Below, one piece after another: positions 48,806 through 58,082 of a stretch of 64,000 nucleotides of DNA. The notes below the pieces were generated by a model. It ran no database searches. It was not told the DNA's origin and saw only the letters and a program-made list of their open reading frames with translations. The stretch covers positions 1,536,001 through 1,600,000 of the forward strand of contig CBDFGR010000003.1 in the NCBI GenBank assembly GCA_965247115.1. Direction: 5' to 3'. The position numbers were made by a program, and so were the translations under genes. Numbering within the stretch: the first letter of the stretch is position 1; every line of letters begins with the position of its first letter. Source of the stretch: Myxococcota bacterium (GTDB lineage Bacteria; Myxococcota_A; UBA9160; SZUA-336).

Positions 48806-49804
48806 ATGCAGGGACCCCGGCAGACCTATACCGAGGTGAGCTGCGACAGAGCCAAGCAGATCGACCTGCTCTCGTTCGTCTCCGAGCCCGCAGGGGAGGG
48901 GTTTGCCGCGTTTCGCAAGCACTATCCGCTCTGCTCGCCTTGCTCGGCCGAGGTTCGGGCATGGAACGAGCTGCACCTCTCACTCCAGGACGCGGGCGGG
49001 GCACGCGCGCATCCCGGCGTGGAGACCCTCGCGAGCTTCGGGGCGAGCCGGACCGCGCTCTCCGCCCAGGCGCAGACCGCGATCGAGTCGCACCTGGCGG
49101 CCTGTCCGGCCTGCCGCGAGGAGCTGGGCGCGCTGCGCCGCACGGATCCGATCGGCCTCGCCTCGCCCGCCGCGAAGAGTGGCTGGCTGAGCGGGGCGCT
49201 GAGCGCGCTGCCCGGACGGCTGCGCGGCATGGTCATGCATCCTGCCTTCGCTTACGGGGTGGCGTTGCTCCTGCTCTACCCCGCCCTACAGGCACGCAGG
49301 GATTCGAGCCCGGCGATCCGGCCTGCCGAGTCCGCAGCACAGGCGGATCTTGCGCCTGCCGCCGAGTCGTTTGCAGCCTCGTCTCTCCGGGTCGAGCGCC
49401 AGACTCTCGCGGCCAAGGCGGAGGAGTCGCTGCCCGAGGCGGCGCGGGGGCGAGCCTTCGACGCGGAGGCGGCAACGGCCGGGGCCGCGAGCTCGCCGCT
49501 GGAGCGCTCCCCGCAGCCCCCGAGCGGGCTCGTGCCATTCCGCGCACGCTTCGAGGGCGCGGTGCTCTACCTGGAGCTGGTCTCCACGACGAGGGACGTG
49601 CCCACCGAGGTGCGCGTGATCTTCCCGGAGGGCGAGCGCGAGCTGCTCCAGCGCTTCGAGCCGTTGAGGTCTCGCGAGCTCGTGCTGGATCTCCCCGGCG
49701 CGTGGCTCACGAACGGCACCTACAGGGTGGGCTACAGGGCGACCGGTGGGCACTGGGTGGAGGGAACCGTGGAACGTGGCGCGGAGTCCGACGCACCAAA
49801 GTGA
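48806..49804 (+). CDS. Membrane-anchored anti-sigma factor with two zinc-finger (ZAS) motifs
   Basis: HYPLCSPC and HLAACPAC (Hx3Cx2C), one transmembrane segment; follows the ECF sigma. Confidence 0.7.
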   Translation: MQGPRQTYTEVSCDRAKQIDLLSFVSEPAGEGFAAFRKHYPLCSPCSAEVRAWNELHLSLQDAGGARAHPGVETLASFGASRTALSAQAQTAIESHLAACPACREELGALRRTDPIGLASPAAKSGWLSGALSALPGRLRGMVMHPAFAYGVALLLLYPALQARRDSSPAIRPAESAAQADLAPAAESFAASSLRVERQTLAAKAEESLPEAARGRAFDAEAATAGAASSPLERSPQPPSGLVPFRARFEGAVLYLELVSTTRDVPTEVRVIFPEGERELLQRFEPLRSRELVLDLPGAWLTNGTYRVGYRATGGHWVEGTVERGAESDAPK

Positions 49805-49866
49805 CGATCTCTCCGGGGGAGCTCGATCCTGTTACGCTGTCAGGGAACGGGACCATGGAGGCAGCG

Positions 49867-50619
49867 ATGATCGAGAACACGGTCAAGACCATGTGGAGAG
49901 AGGGACGGCCCGCGCTTGGCTGCTGGCTTTCCATCCCGAGCGCATGGTCCGCCGAGGTGATGGCGCGGCAGGGCTACGACTACATATGCCTCGACCTGCA
50001 GCACGGCTTGATCGACTACCAGACCGCGCTCAGCATGCTGCAGGCCATTAGCGCGACGCCCACGATCCCCTTTGCAAGGGTGCCTTCGAACGATTTCGGC
50101 GCGATCAACAAGATCCTGGACGCTGGCGCACTCGGCGTCGTCGTCCCCATGGTGAACAGCCCGGAGGAGGCGCGCGCCGTCGTGGCTGCGTGTCGATACC
50201 ATCCCGATGGCTCGCGCAGCTTCGGCCCCACGCGTGCGGGCTACTCCGCCGGACCCGATTATTTCGAGGGCGCGAACGCCGGAGTGGCGTGCATCCCCAT
50301 GATCGAGACCCGGCAGGCGGTGGAGCGCGTCGACGAGATCCTCTCCGTTCCCGGCATCGACGCGGTCTACGTCGGGCCCGCGGATCTCAGCATCACGCTC
50401 GGTCAGCAGCCGCGCATGGACAACGAGGGAGCCTTCGAGGTCGCCCGACAGACCATCGCAAAGGCGTGTGCGGCCCACGGAGTAACGGCCGGGATCCACG
50501 CGAACGCGTCGCTCGCGGAGAAGCACATCGAGACGGGCTACCGCATGATCACCATCAGCAGCGACACGGGCTCTCTTGCCTCCGGCGCCGCCCGCGACCT
50601 GCGCGTGGCACGCGGCTGA
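49867..50619 (+). CDS. HpcH/HpaI-family aldolase
   Basis: DYICLDLQHG, LDAGALGVVVPMVN, MIET and VGPADL. Confidence 0.9.
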   Translation: MIENTVKTMWREGRPALGCWLSIPSAWSAEVMARQGYDYICLDLQHGLIDYQTALSMLQAISATPTIPFARVPSNDFGAINKILDAGALGVVVPMVNSPEEARAVVAACRYHPDGSRSFGPTRAGYSAGPDYFEGANAGVACIPMIETRQAVERVDEILSVPGIDAVYVGPADLSITLGQQPRMDNEGAFEVARQTIAKACAAHGVTAGIHANASLAEKHIETGYRMITISSDTGSLASGAARDLRVARG

Positions 50620-50651
50620 CGCTGTCCGTAGGATCCGCGCACGACGAGGCA

Positions 50652-50755
50652 CCCTGCAAGCGCCGTGTCCGCGGCGCGCGCAGCGAAGGCAGTAGGCCTG
50701 AGCGGAGGCGGGTGGCCGTCGGCCGTCAGCGGCCCGCGGGTCGGTTACCCGCGCG
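50652..50755 (-). repeat. REP-like repeat, copy D (inverted, truncated, fused to the SDR pseudogene)
   Basis: CCCTGCAAGCGCCG...GCGCGCGCAGCGAAGGCAGTAGGCCTGAGCGGAGGCGGGTGGC...CAGCGGCCCGCGGGTC matches copy B. Confidence 0.85.
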
Positions 50756-51301
50756 CGTTCCCGCAGCGGCTCGGGCATGGATTGGACCAGGGGCGTCGCG
50801 ATCAGGCCAGGGAGAACAGCGTTGGCCGTGATGCCGCGGGGTCCGAATTCCTGGGCGACGGAGCGGGTGAACGCGACCACGCCCGCCTTGCTCGCGGAGT
50901 AGGCGGGCTGACCCAGGCCTGGCTGGAGCGCGGCAACGGAGGCGATGTTGACCACGCGACCCCAGCCCCGCTCGGCCATGGCAGGGACGGCCGCACGGAC
51001 ACAGTGGAACGCTCCGTTCAAGTTGACCTGGATCTCGTGGCTCCAGGCCTCGGGCGTCATGTGCTCGATCCGCGCAATGTTGTTGACGATTCCGGCGTTG
51101 TTCACGAGCACGTCCACGGGCCCGAGCTCCCTCGTGCATGCCTCCACGGCCGCGAGGGCGGACTCGGGATCGGCGACATCCAGCGTGAGCTCGACGGAGC
51201 TTCTGCCAAGGGCGCGTACGGCCTCGGCCGTCGCCACGTCCTCGTCGGGACCGGACCAGCGCTACCTTGCCGTCGAGGGCTGCGGATCCGGAGGTTCCCA
51301 T
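50756..51301 (-). pseudogene. FabG-like SDR pseudogene
   Basis: MGTSGSAALDGKVALV is followed by a frameshift with the TGxxxGxG segment missing. The core LVNNAGI...YSASKAG...PGLIATP is intact. The C-terminus after MPEPLRER is replaced by the repeat. Confidence 0.75.
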
Positions 51302-51330
51302 GACGACCTACCGATACCACGCGGAAACCG

Positions 51331-51368
51331 CGCTAGGGAAGCGAAGTCGCGCTAGGAAAGCGAAGTCG
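51331..51368. repeat. 19-bp tandem direct repeat
   Basis: CGCTAGGGAAGCGAAGTCG followed by CGCTAGGAAAGCGAAGTCG (one mismatch). Confidence 0.8.
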
Positions 51369-51401
51369 TGATATCGTTCCAGGTCTCAATCGGAGGAAGC
51401 G

Positions 51402-51755
51402 ATGAAGCTCTCTGGCGTACACCACGTCTCTCTGAACGTTCACGACACCGACGAGGTCGGGAAGTTCTACACAGAGGTCCTGGGTCTCGAGAAGCTGCCG
51501 CGTCCAGACTTCGGGATTCCTGGCATGTGGCTCCGATCCGGCAACCAGGAGATCCACCTGATAGAGGTGAAGGAGCACGAGGCGCCCTCTGGCTACCACT
51601 TCGCCTTCAAGGTCGAGGACATCGAGCAGACCATCGAGGAGCTGACTGCCAAGGGCGTCAAGGTCAGCGAGCCCCGTGGCGTGCCCAACGGCGGCCGCCA
51701 GTCCTTCTTCAAGGATCCGGCGGGAAACATGATCGAGATCAACCAGCCCGTCTGA
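51402..51755 (+). CDS. VOC/glyoxalase-family protein
   Basis: VHHVSLNV, FYTEVLGL, HFAFKV and FFKDPAGNMIEI. Confidence 0.9.
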   Translation: MKLSGVHHVSLNVHDTDEVGKFYTEVLGLEKLPRPDFGIPGMWLRSGNQEIHLIEVKEHEAPSGYHFAFKVEDIEQTIEELTAKGVKVSEPRGVPNGGRQSFFKDPAGNMIEINQPV

Positions 51756-51819
51756 ACGGGGGCGGTTCGCGAGCCGCACCCCTACCATGTGCAGACCTCC
51801 CCGTTGCTGGAGGCTGCGC

Positions 51820-52593
51820 GTGAGCGAACAGACCTATTCGAGCTACCTCAAGCTGGACGGCCTGCTCGGCCTGCAGCAGCCGCAATCCGAGGGTCCCGAG
51901 CACGACGAGCTGCTCTTCATCGTGGTGCACCAGGTGTATGAGCTGTGGTTCAAGCAGCTGATCCACGAGCTCGAGCACCTGTGCCGGGCGCTCAGCGAGG
52001 ACCGGGTCCCGGCGGTCATGTCTACCTTCAAGCGCATCCTGACCATCCTGAAGACGCTCGTGGCGCAAGTGGACGTTCTGGAGACGATGACGCCGGTGAC
52101 GTTCAGCTCCTTTCGAGGCCGGCTCGACGCTGCGAGCGGGCTCCAGTCCAGGCAGTTTCGGGAGATCGAGTTCTTACTGGGCAAGCGGGATACAGCGCTG
52201 CCCCAGGCAGGGGAGAGTCGGTCCCGGCTGGAGAAGCGCCTGGCTGAGCCCGGTCTGTACGAGTGCTTCTTGCGCTTTGTGGCGGCCAGCGGGTACGAGG
52301 TTCCGAACGAGCTCGTCGAGCGAGATCGCTCCCTCCCGGCCGCGGAAGATCCGCGGCTGCGCGAGATCCTGGTGCGCATCTACCGCGAGAACGCAGTGGC
52401 GCGCGAGGTCTGTGAGCGCATGGTGGACCTGGACGAGGGTCTGCAGGAGTGGCGTTACCGTCACGTGAAGATGGTCGAACGCACCATTGGAATGAAGCCG
52501 GGCACAGGTGGAACCCACGGCGTCGAGTATCTTCGTGCCAGCCTCTTCCGTCCGCTCTTTCCAGATCTGTGGACGATTCGCTCCTCTCTCTAG
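51820..52593 (+). CDS. kynA: Tryptophan 2,3-dioxygenase
   Basis: YSSYLKLDGLL, EHDELLFIVVHQVYELWFK, SGLQSRQFR and HVKMVERTIGMKPGTGG. Confidence 0.95.
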   Translation: MSEQTYSSYLKLDGLLGLQQPQSEGPEHDELLFIVVHQVYELWFKQLIHELEHLCRALSEDRVPAVMSTFKRILTILKTLVAQVDVLETMTPVTFSSFRGRLDAASGLQSRQFREIEFLLGKRDTALPQAGESRSRLEKRLAEPGLYECFLRFVAASGYEVPNELVERDRSLPAAEDPRLREILVRIYRENAVAREVCERMVDLDEGLQEWRYRHVKMVERTIGMKPGTGGTHGVEYLRASLFRPLFPDLWTIRSSL

Positions 52594-52601
52594 GTGTGGG
52601 G

Positions 52602-53792
52602 ATGAAGCCGGAACAGCTCTACGCGAGCCCCAACGCTCTGGCCCCTCTCTACTCGCGCTTTCGCGTCGCGGAACGTCTGCTCTTGACGGGCCACTCCCAT
52701 CAGGCCTGGCCGGACCGCGCGTTCGACGGTCAGCTCGCGGCCTTCACGGCTGCCGCCGAGTGGGTCGATGCGAAGTGGGACAGGGCGTTCGAAGTGGCTG
52801 CGCGGGTGAAGTCGGGCTTTGCGGCCATGCTGGGCGACACGAGTGGTTCCTACGCGCTTGGCTCGAGCACGCACGAGCTCCTGGTGCGCTTTCTGTCCGC
52901 TCTGCCGTTGCGCGAGCGCCCGAGGCTGGTCACCACCGATGGCGAGTTTCACAGCATGCGACGCCAGCTCGAGCGCCTTGCCGAGGAGGGCGTGGAGGTC
53001 GCGAGGGTAGCGGCGGGGCCGCCGAGCTCGCTCGGCGGCCGGTTACTCGAGGCGCTGGACGAGCGCACGGCGGCAGTGCTGACCTCAGCGGTGTTCTTCA
53101 ACACCGGCGAGATTGCGGACGGACTGGGTGAAGTGCTGGAAAGCTGCCGGCGGCACGGCGCCGAGCTGCTGGTCGATGCCTACCACGCGCTCAACGTGAT
53201 CCCGTTCCGCCTTCCGGAACAGGGATTGCTCGACGCGTACGTCGTCGGGGGCGGGTACAAGTACCTGCAGATGGGAGAGGGAAACTGCTTCCTGCGCGTT
53301 CCGCCTGGACGCACACCCCGGCCAGTGGTGACAGGCTGGTACGCGGAGTTCGAACGGATGGCAGACGCGAGCCCGGAGCGTGTCGACTACGGAAGCGGGG
53401 CGGCCGCGTTCCACGGCGCGACGTATGACCCGACCAGCCACTACCGCGCCGCCGCCGTGTTCGACTTCTTCGCGGACATGAAGCTCGACGCCGTCCTGCT
53501 GCGCGAAGTGAGCCAGCATCAGCTGGGACTTCTGATCCGCGAGCTCGACGCGCTCGATCTCCCGCTCGAGCTGCTGTCGCTCGACCACTCCGTCCCGCTC
53601 GAGCGACGCGCCGGCTTCCTGGCCCTGCGTTCCCCTGAGGCGGCCCGCATCAGCACGAACCTTCGCGCTCGGGGCGTCCTCACGGACGCGCGTGGCGAGG
53701 TGTTGCGTCTGGGCCCGGCACCGTACCTGAGCGATGCGCAGCTCGGCGAAGCGGTGGCGCACCTCGGAGAGGTGGTTCGCAGCCTCTCGTGA
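52602..53792 (+). CDS. kynU: Kynureninase (class V PLP enzyme)
   Basis: LVDAYH, GGGYKYLQMGEG and LRLGPAPY; directly after kynA. Confidence 0.8.
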   Translation: MKPEQLYASPNALAPLYSRFRVAERLLLTGHSHQAWPDRAFDGQLAAFTAAAEWVDAKWDRAFEVAARVKSGFAAMLGDTSGSYALGSSTHELLVRFLSALPLRERPRLVTTDGEFHSMRRQLERLAEEGVEVARVAAGPPSSLGGRLLEALDERTAAVLTSAVFFNTGEIADGLGEVLESCRRHGAELLVDAYHALNVIPFRLPEQGLLDAYVVGGGYKYLQMGEGNCFLRVPPGRTPRPVVTGWYAEFERMADASPERVDYGSGAAAFHGATYDPTSHYRAAAVFDFFADMKLDAVLLREVSQHQLGLLIRELDALDLPLELLSLDHSVPLERRAGFLALRSPEAARISTNLRARGVLTDARGEVLRLGPAPYLSDAQLGEAVAHLGEVVRSLS

Positions 53793-53862
53793 GCTCGTCG
53801 CTCCTGGGCCCACAGGGGTGGTATCCTCGTCTCTCGCTCTGTTTACCTGGAAGGAGCTGCGA

Positions 53863-54405
53863 GTGTCTTTGAAGGTTACGTTCGAGCTCGGGGATCGCGA
53901 TCTCAGTTACTTCCGACGGATCATGCGGGAGTCGCGGCGGAGCTCGCGCAGCATGGACGAGAAAGACGTGATTCTGGGTACCAAGGGGTTGCTCGCTCGG
54001 GTGAGACGTCGCGAGGTGCCGCGTTTCGTGCGCGACAGACTGACCAAGCTCGAGACGCTGAGCACGATGCTACAGGACGAGGAGTGGGGACTCGGCGGGA
54101 CCGATCGCAATCGAGTGGTCTCGGCGCTTGCGTACTTCAACGATCCGCGCGATCTCATTCCGGATGACGTTCCGGGCTTCGGCTTCCTCGATGACGCGGT
54201 GATGGTGGAGCTCGTCGTTCAAGAGCTGAAGCACGATCTGGAAGCGTACGACGACTTTTGCAACTACCGGCGCACGGAGGCGGGTAAGAGGCGCGGGAAC
54301 GGCAACGCCACCGTCACGAGGGAGCAGTGGCTGGACGCGCGCCGCCGTCAGCTCCACGGGCGCATGAGGCGCCGTCGAGCGCGCAGAACGTCTCGCGTCT
54401 GGTAG
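53863..54405 (+). CDS. YkvA/DUF1232-family protein
   Basis: ALAYFNDPRDLIPDDVPGFGFLDDA. Confidence 0.85.
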   Translation: MSLKVTFELGDRDLSYFRRIMRESRRSSRSMDEKDVILGTKGLLARVRRREVPRFVRDRLTKLETLSTMLQDEEWGLGGTDRNRVVSALAYFNDPRDLIPDDVPGFGFLDDAVMVELVVQELKHDLEAYDDFCNYRRTEAGKRRGNGNATVTREQWLDARRRQLHGRMRRRRARRTSRVW

Positions 54406-54420
54406 CGGCGGTAGAGGGCG

Positions 54421-55053
54421 CTACTCCCAGCGGTCCCAGCGCATGATCTCCTGTACCGGCAGACGCGTGACGGGACCGAACTTTCCCAGCGGATAGCCCA
54501 CCGGAATCAGACACATGGGCTCGATCGTGTCGGGGAGCCCGAGCACCTTCTTTGCCGCGGGTCGGTCGAGCAGGCCAAGGGTGGTCGGCGCGGCTCCGAG
54601 CCCGAGAGCACGGGCAGCGAGCAGGAGGTTCTGCACCGCCGGCCAGATCGACCCTCCCGCGGCCATGGACTCGGCGGGCGAGACCGGAGCCGCGAACTCC
54701 GCGCAGGCGATGATCAGCGCTGGAATCTCCTGCATGTGCTCCGCCTGCCACATGACGGATTTCAGCATGCGCGCGCGCTTCTCGGCGGGCTGATGGGGTA
54801 GGGAGGTCGGTCTGCCCGAGCCCGGACCCACGTACGTGTTCACCGCCTTCTTGTTGAGCTCCGCGAGGCGGGCCTTCTGGGCAGGATCCCGCACCACGAT
54901 CCAGCGTCCCAGCTGTGCGTTCGACCCGGTCGGTCCCTGGTTGGCAGCTTCGACGAGCCTGGTGAGCAGCTCCTCGGGCACCGGGTCGGGCTTGAGCCGC
55001 CGCATCGCGCGGCAGTTGTAAATCACCTCGAAGATGCCCAAGTCGTCAGACAA
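54421..55053 (-). CDS. Nitroreductase family protein
   Basis: RAMRRLKPDPVP, PTGSNAQ, AVQNLLLAARALGLG and IPVGYP. Confidence 0.9.
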   Translation of the reverse strand: MSDDLGIFEVIYNCRAMRRLKPDPVPEELLTRLVEAANQGPTGSNAQLGRWIVVRDPAQKARLAELNKKAVNTYVGPGSGRPTSLPHQPAEKRARMLKSVMWQAEHMQEIPALIIACAEFAAPVSPAESMAAGGSIWPAVQNLLLAARALGLGAAPTTLGLLDRPAAKKVLGLPDTIEPMCLIPVGYPLGKFGPVTRLPVQEIMRWDRWE

Positions 55054-55172
55054 GTCGCTTCTCCTCGTCGATGTGCGTCGCCATGCCGGCTGGAGTCTGG
55101 CGGCAGTGAGCCCGTATCATATACGCCGCGCGCTCGCGGGGGGACGATCGCGCACCCCGGAGGGAGGCTCGA

Positions 55173-56495
55173 CTGACCGCACGACCGTGGCTCCGCGCGC
55201 TCGACCAGACACTGCGTCCCCGAGGGCACGTCTTCCACGGTTGGTGGATCGTGGTCGCCGGAGCGGGCGTCCAGACGATCACGGCCGCGCTGCTCATGCA
55301 GAGCTACGGCGCCTACTTCGTGCTGCTGCAGGAGGAGTTCGGCTGGAGCAAGGCGCTGATCGCCGGAGCCTTTGCCATGTCGCGGATCGAGAGCGGGATC
55401 CTCGGGCCACTGCAGGGCTGGCTGATCGATCGCTTCGGGCCGAGGGCCGTGATGCGGATCGGGCTCCTCATCTTCGGCGTCGCATTCATGCTCTTCAGCC
55501 GGATCGACTCGCTCCTGACGTTCTACGTCACCTTCTTCCTTCTCGCGCTGGGCTCCAGCCTCGGCGGGTTCGTCTCGGTGACCGTGGCGCTCGTGAACTG
55601 GTTCAATCGGCACCGCTCGAAAGCGGTGGCTCTCTCGCAGCTGGGCTTCTCGCTGGGCGGGCTCGCGGTGCCGATCGTGATCGCGGCTCTCGGTCTCTAC
55701 GGCTGGCGCACCACCGCGTTCGCGTCCGGAGTTCTGGTGCTGCTGGTTGGGCTTCCGCTCTCCCAGCTCGTCCGCCACCGCCCCCAGCAGTACGGCGAGA
55801 GGGTCGATGGCCTGCCGCCGCTGCCAGAGGCCGAACGTCGTTCCGCAGCGGTCCGCGAGAACTCAGAGGACTTCAGCACGCGCGAGGCAATGCGAACGCG
55901 TGCGTTCTGGTTCATCTCGCTCGGCCACTCGTCTGCGCTGCTGGTGGTGTCTGCCGTCATGGTCCACATGGTGCCGCACGTGCACGAAACTCTGGGGCTC
56001 TCGCTCACCACAGCCGGCTCGATCGTCGCCCTCATGACCGCGATGCAGCTGGTCGGCCACCTCAGCGGTGGCTACCTCGGCGATCGCTTCGACAAGCGCA
56101 TGATCATCGTGATCTGCATGGTTTTCCACGGCGCCGGTATGCTCCTGCTCGCGTACGCGAGCTCGCTCTGGATGGTGATCGGCTTCGCGCTGCTGCACGG
56201 CTGGGGGTGGGGGACCCGGGGCCCTCTCATGGTGGCAATCCGTGCCGACTATTTTGGAGCCAAATCGTTCGGAACGATCATGGGCTTCTCGTCGCTGATC
56301 GTCATGCTCGGGATGACCGTGGGCCCGATCATCGCGGGAGTCATCGCGGACCGGACGGGCAGCTACTCGACCGGGCTCGCAACGCTAGGCGTGGCCGCGA
56401 TGCTGGGCTCTGTCTTTTTCATCTTTGCTACGAAACCGCTCCACGCTGCCATCGCCACCGAGGCACCACTGCACGAGACGCGGACCGGCGGTTAG
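55173..56495 (+). CDS. MFS transporter (probable CTG start)
   Basis: About 12 transmembrane segments, GWLIDRFGPR and GYLGDRFDKR. An in-frame VFHGWWIV lies upstream of the first canonical start (55251). Confidence 0.88.
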   Translation: MTARPWLRALDQTLRPRGHVFHGWWIVVAGAGVQTITAALLMQSYGAYFVLLQEEFGWSKALIAGAFAMSRIESGILGPLQGWLIDRFGPRAVMRIGLLIFGVAFMLFSRIDSLLTFYVTFFLLALGSSLGGFVSVTVALVNWFNRHRSKAVALSQLGFSLGGLAVPIVIAALGLYGWRTTAFASGVLVLLVGLPLSQLVRHRPQQYGERVDGLPPLPEAERRSAAVRENSEDFSTREAMRTRAFWFISLGHSSALLVVSAVMVHMVPHVHETLGLSLTTAGSIVALMTAMQLVGHLSGGYLGDRFDKRMIIVICMVFHGAGMLLLAYASSLWMVIGFALLHGWGWGTRGPLMVAIRADYFGAKSFGTIMGFSSLIVMLGMTVGPIIAGVIADRTGSYSTGLATLGVAAMLGSVFFIFATKPLHAAIATEAPLHETRTGG

Positions 56496-56505
56496 GAAGG
56501 TCCAA

Positions 56506-57264
56506 GTGGATTCGCATCAGCGCGTGGATGTGGGGGGCTTCGAGCTGCGTGTCCGCGAGCTCGGTCAGGGTTCTCGGACCTTCCTCTGCCTGCACGGGCT
56601 CGTGGACTCGCTCGAGATCTGGAACCGTCTCGCGCCTGCGCTTGCGGAGCGCGGTCGCGTGGTCGCCATCGATCAGCGCGCCCACGGAAAGTCGGACTCT
56701 CCCCCGGGTCCCTACCGGCGGGAGGACCTGGCCGACGACGCGATCCGCGTGCTGGGTCTGCTGGGCGTAGAGAGCGCCATCCTCGTCGGTCACTCCATGG
56801 GAGGCATCATGTCCATGACGGCGGCGCTCCGGCACCCCACCCGGGTGGCCGGGCTCGTCCTCGTTGGCACTGCCAGCCAGTGCACCGAACGCGTAGCGGA
56901 GTGGTACGAGCGCATCGCGCAAGCTGGGGAGAGGGACGGCCTCGACGGGCTGGCGCACGTGATCTACGGCAAGGCCTCCAAGCGCAAGGTCCGCGGCGAC
57001 CCCGCGGGAATCGCCCACGTAACGCGTACTCTGAAAAGCCTCTTCACGGACCCGCTCACTCCAAAGCTGGCCGACCTAGCGCTCCCCGCGTTGCTCGTAG
57101 TTGGAGAGAAGGATCCGATGGGCCCCAAGGCCTCCGAGATCATCCGAGACCGCCTCTCGGGCTCCCTCCTCCACGTCTTGCCGGGCCTGGGCCACTGGAC
57201 CCATCTCGAAGCCCCCGAGAAACTGATCGAGTCGCTGGATCACTGGCTGAACCGAACGTCTTAG
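56506..57264 (+). CDS. Alpha/beta hydrolase
   Basis: CLHGL, DQRAHGKS, VGHSMGG, GEKD and GHW. Confidence 0.9.
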   Translation: MDSHQRVDVGGFELRVRELGQGSRTFLCLHGLVDSLEIWNRLAPALAERGRVVAIDQRAHGKSDSPPGPYRREDLADDAIRVLGLLGVESAILVGHSMGGIMSMTAALRHPTRVAGLVLVGTASQCTERVAEWYERIAQAGERDGLDGLAHVIYGKASKRKVRGDPAGIAHVTRTLKSLFTDPLTPKLADLALPALLVVGEKDPMGPKASEIIRDRLSGSLLHVLPGLGHWTHLEAPEKLIESLDHWLNRTS

Positions 57265-57269
57265 CTTGT

Positions 57270-58082
57270 TCAGACGCCGCGGAAGTCCGGTTTTCGCTTC
57301 TCCATGAAGGCGCGGCGGCCCTCGATGTAGTCGCCGCTCTCGAAGCACTCGCGGACGAGCTGCTCCACCCGGTCGAGGTCCCGGGTCTCACGGTCCTTCA
57401 CGGACTGGAGGATGCCCGCCTTGGCGGCCCTCACGGTGAGTGGTGCGTTTTCGGCGATCGAGCTGGCGAGCTCGCGCACGCTGGCTTCGAGCTCCGGTTT
57501 CGGGACCACGCGGTTGATGAGGCCCATGCGGAGCGCCTCCTCGGTCGAGAAGCGACGCGCAGCGAACAGGATCTCGCTGGCGTACGCTGGTCCGACGAGC
57601 GTCACCAGGGGCTTGACCCCCCCGAAGCCGTAGCCGACGCCGAGGCGGGCCGCCGGGATCCCGAACTGGGCCTCTTCGGAGGCGATGCGTATGTCGGCGG
57701 ACATGGCGGTCAAGAGCCCTCCGCCCATGCAGTAGCCCTGGATCATCGCGATGAGCGGCTTCTCGAGCTTCGCATACGCCGCAGCCGCAAGCCCAGCGGA
57801 CCCGTCGTACTGCTTGATTGACTCGGGGCTCGAGCGCCTCTTCTCGAACTCGGAGATGTCCGCTCCGGAGATGAAGGCCTTCTCACCGGCGCCTCGGATG
57901 ACGACGACGCGGACATCGGGATCGGCCTGGAAGTCCTCGAGGATCTGCGGAACGGCCTCCTGCATCTCCATGGACATCGCGTTATGGCGGGCGGGATTGT
58001 TGTAGATCATCCAGCCGATGCCGCCATCCTTCTCCGCGATCATCTTGTCCGTGTTGAGCTCCACTCCTGACTCCTTCCTCAT
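57270..58082 (-). CDS. Enoyl-CoA hydratase/isomerase family protein
   Basis: AFISGADISEF, KPLIAMIQGYCMGGG and EGRRAFMEKRKPDF. ATGA overlap with the CoA-transferase. Confidence 0.92.
   Translation of the reverse strand: MRKESGVELNTDKMIAEKDGGIGWMIYNNPARHNAMSMEMQEAVPQILEDFQADPDVRVVVIRGAGEKAFISGADISEFEKRRSSPESIKQYDGSAGLAAAAYAKLEKPLIAMIQGYCMGGGLLTAMSADIRIASEEAQFGIPAARLGVGYGFGGVKPLVTLVGPAYASEILFAARRFSTEEALRMGLINRVVPKPELEASVRELASSIAENAPLTVRAAKAGILQSVKDRETRDLDRVEQLVRECFESGDYIEGRRAFMEKRKPDFRGV

Noticed and set aside
49840..51237. 465-aa ORF read as an intact SDR fusion protein
   Set aside because: It is a truncated SDR core running through repeat D and then antisense to the aldolase gene.
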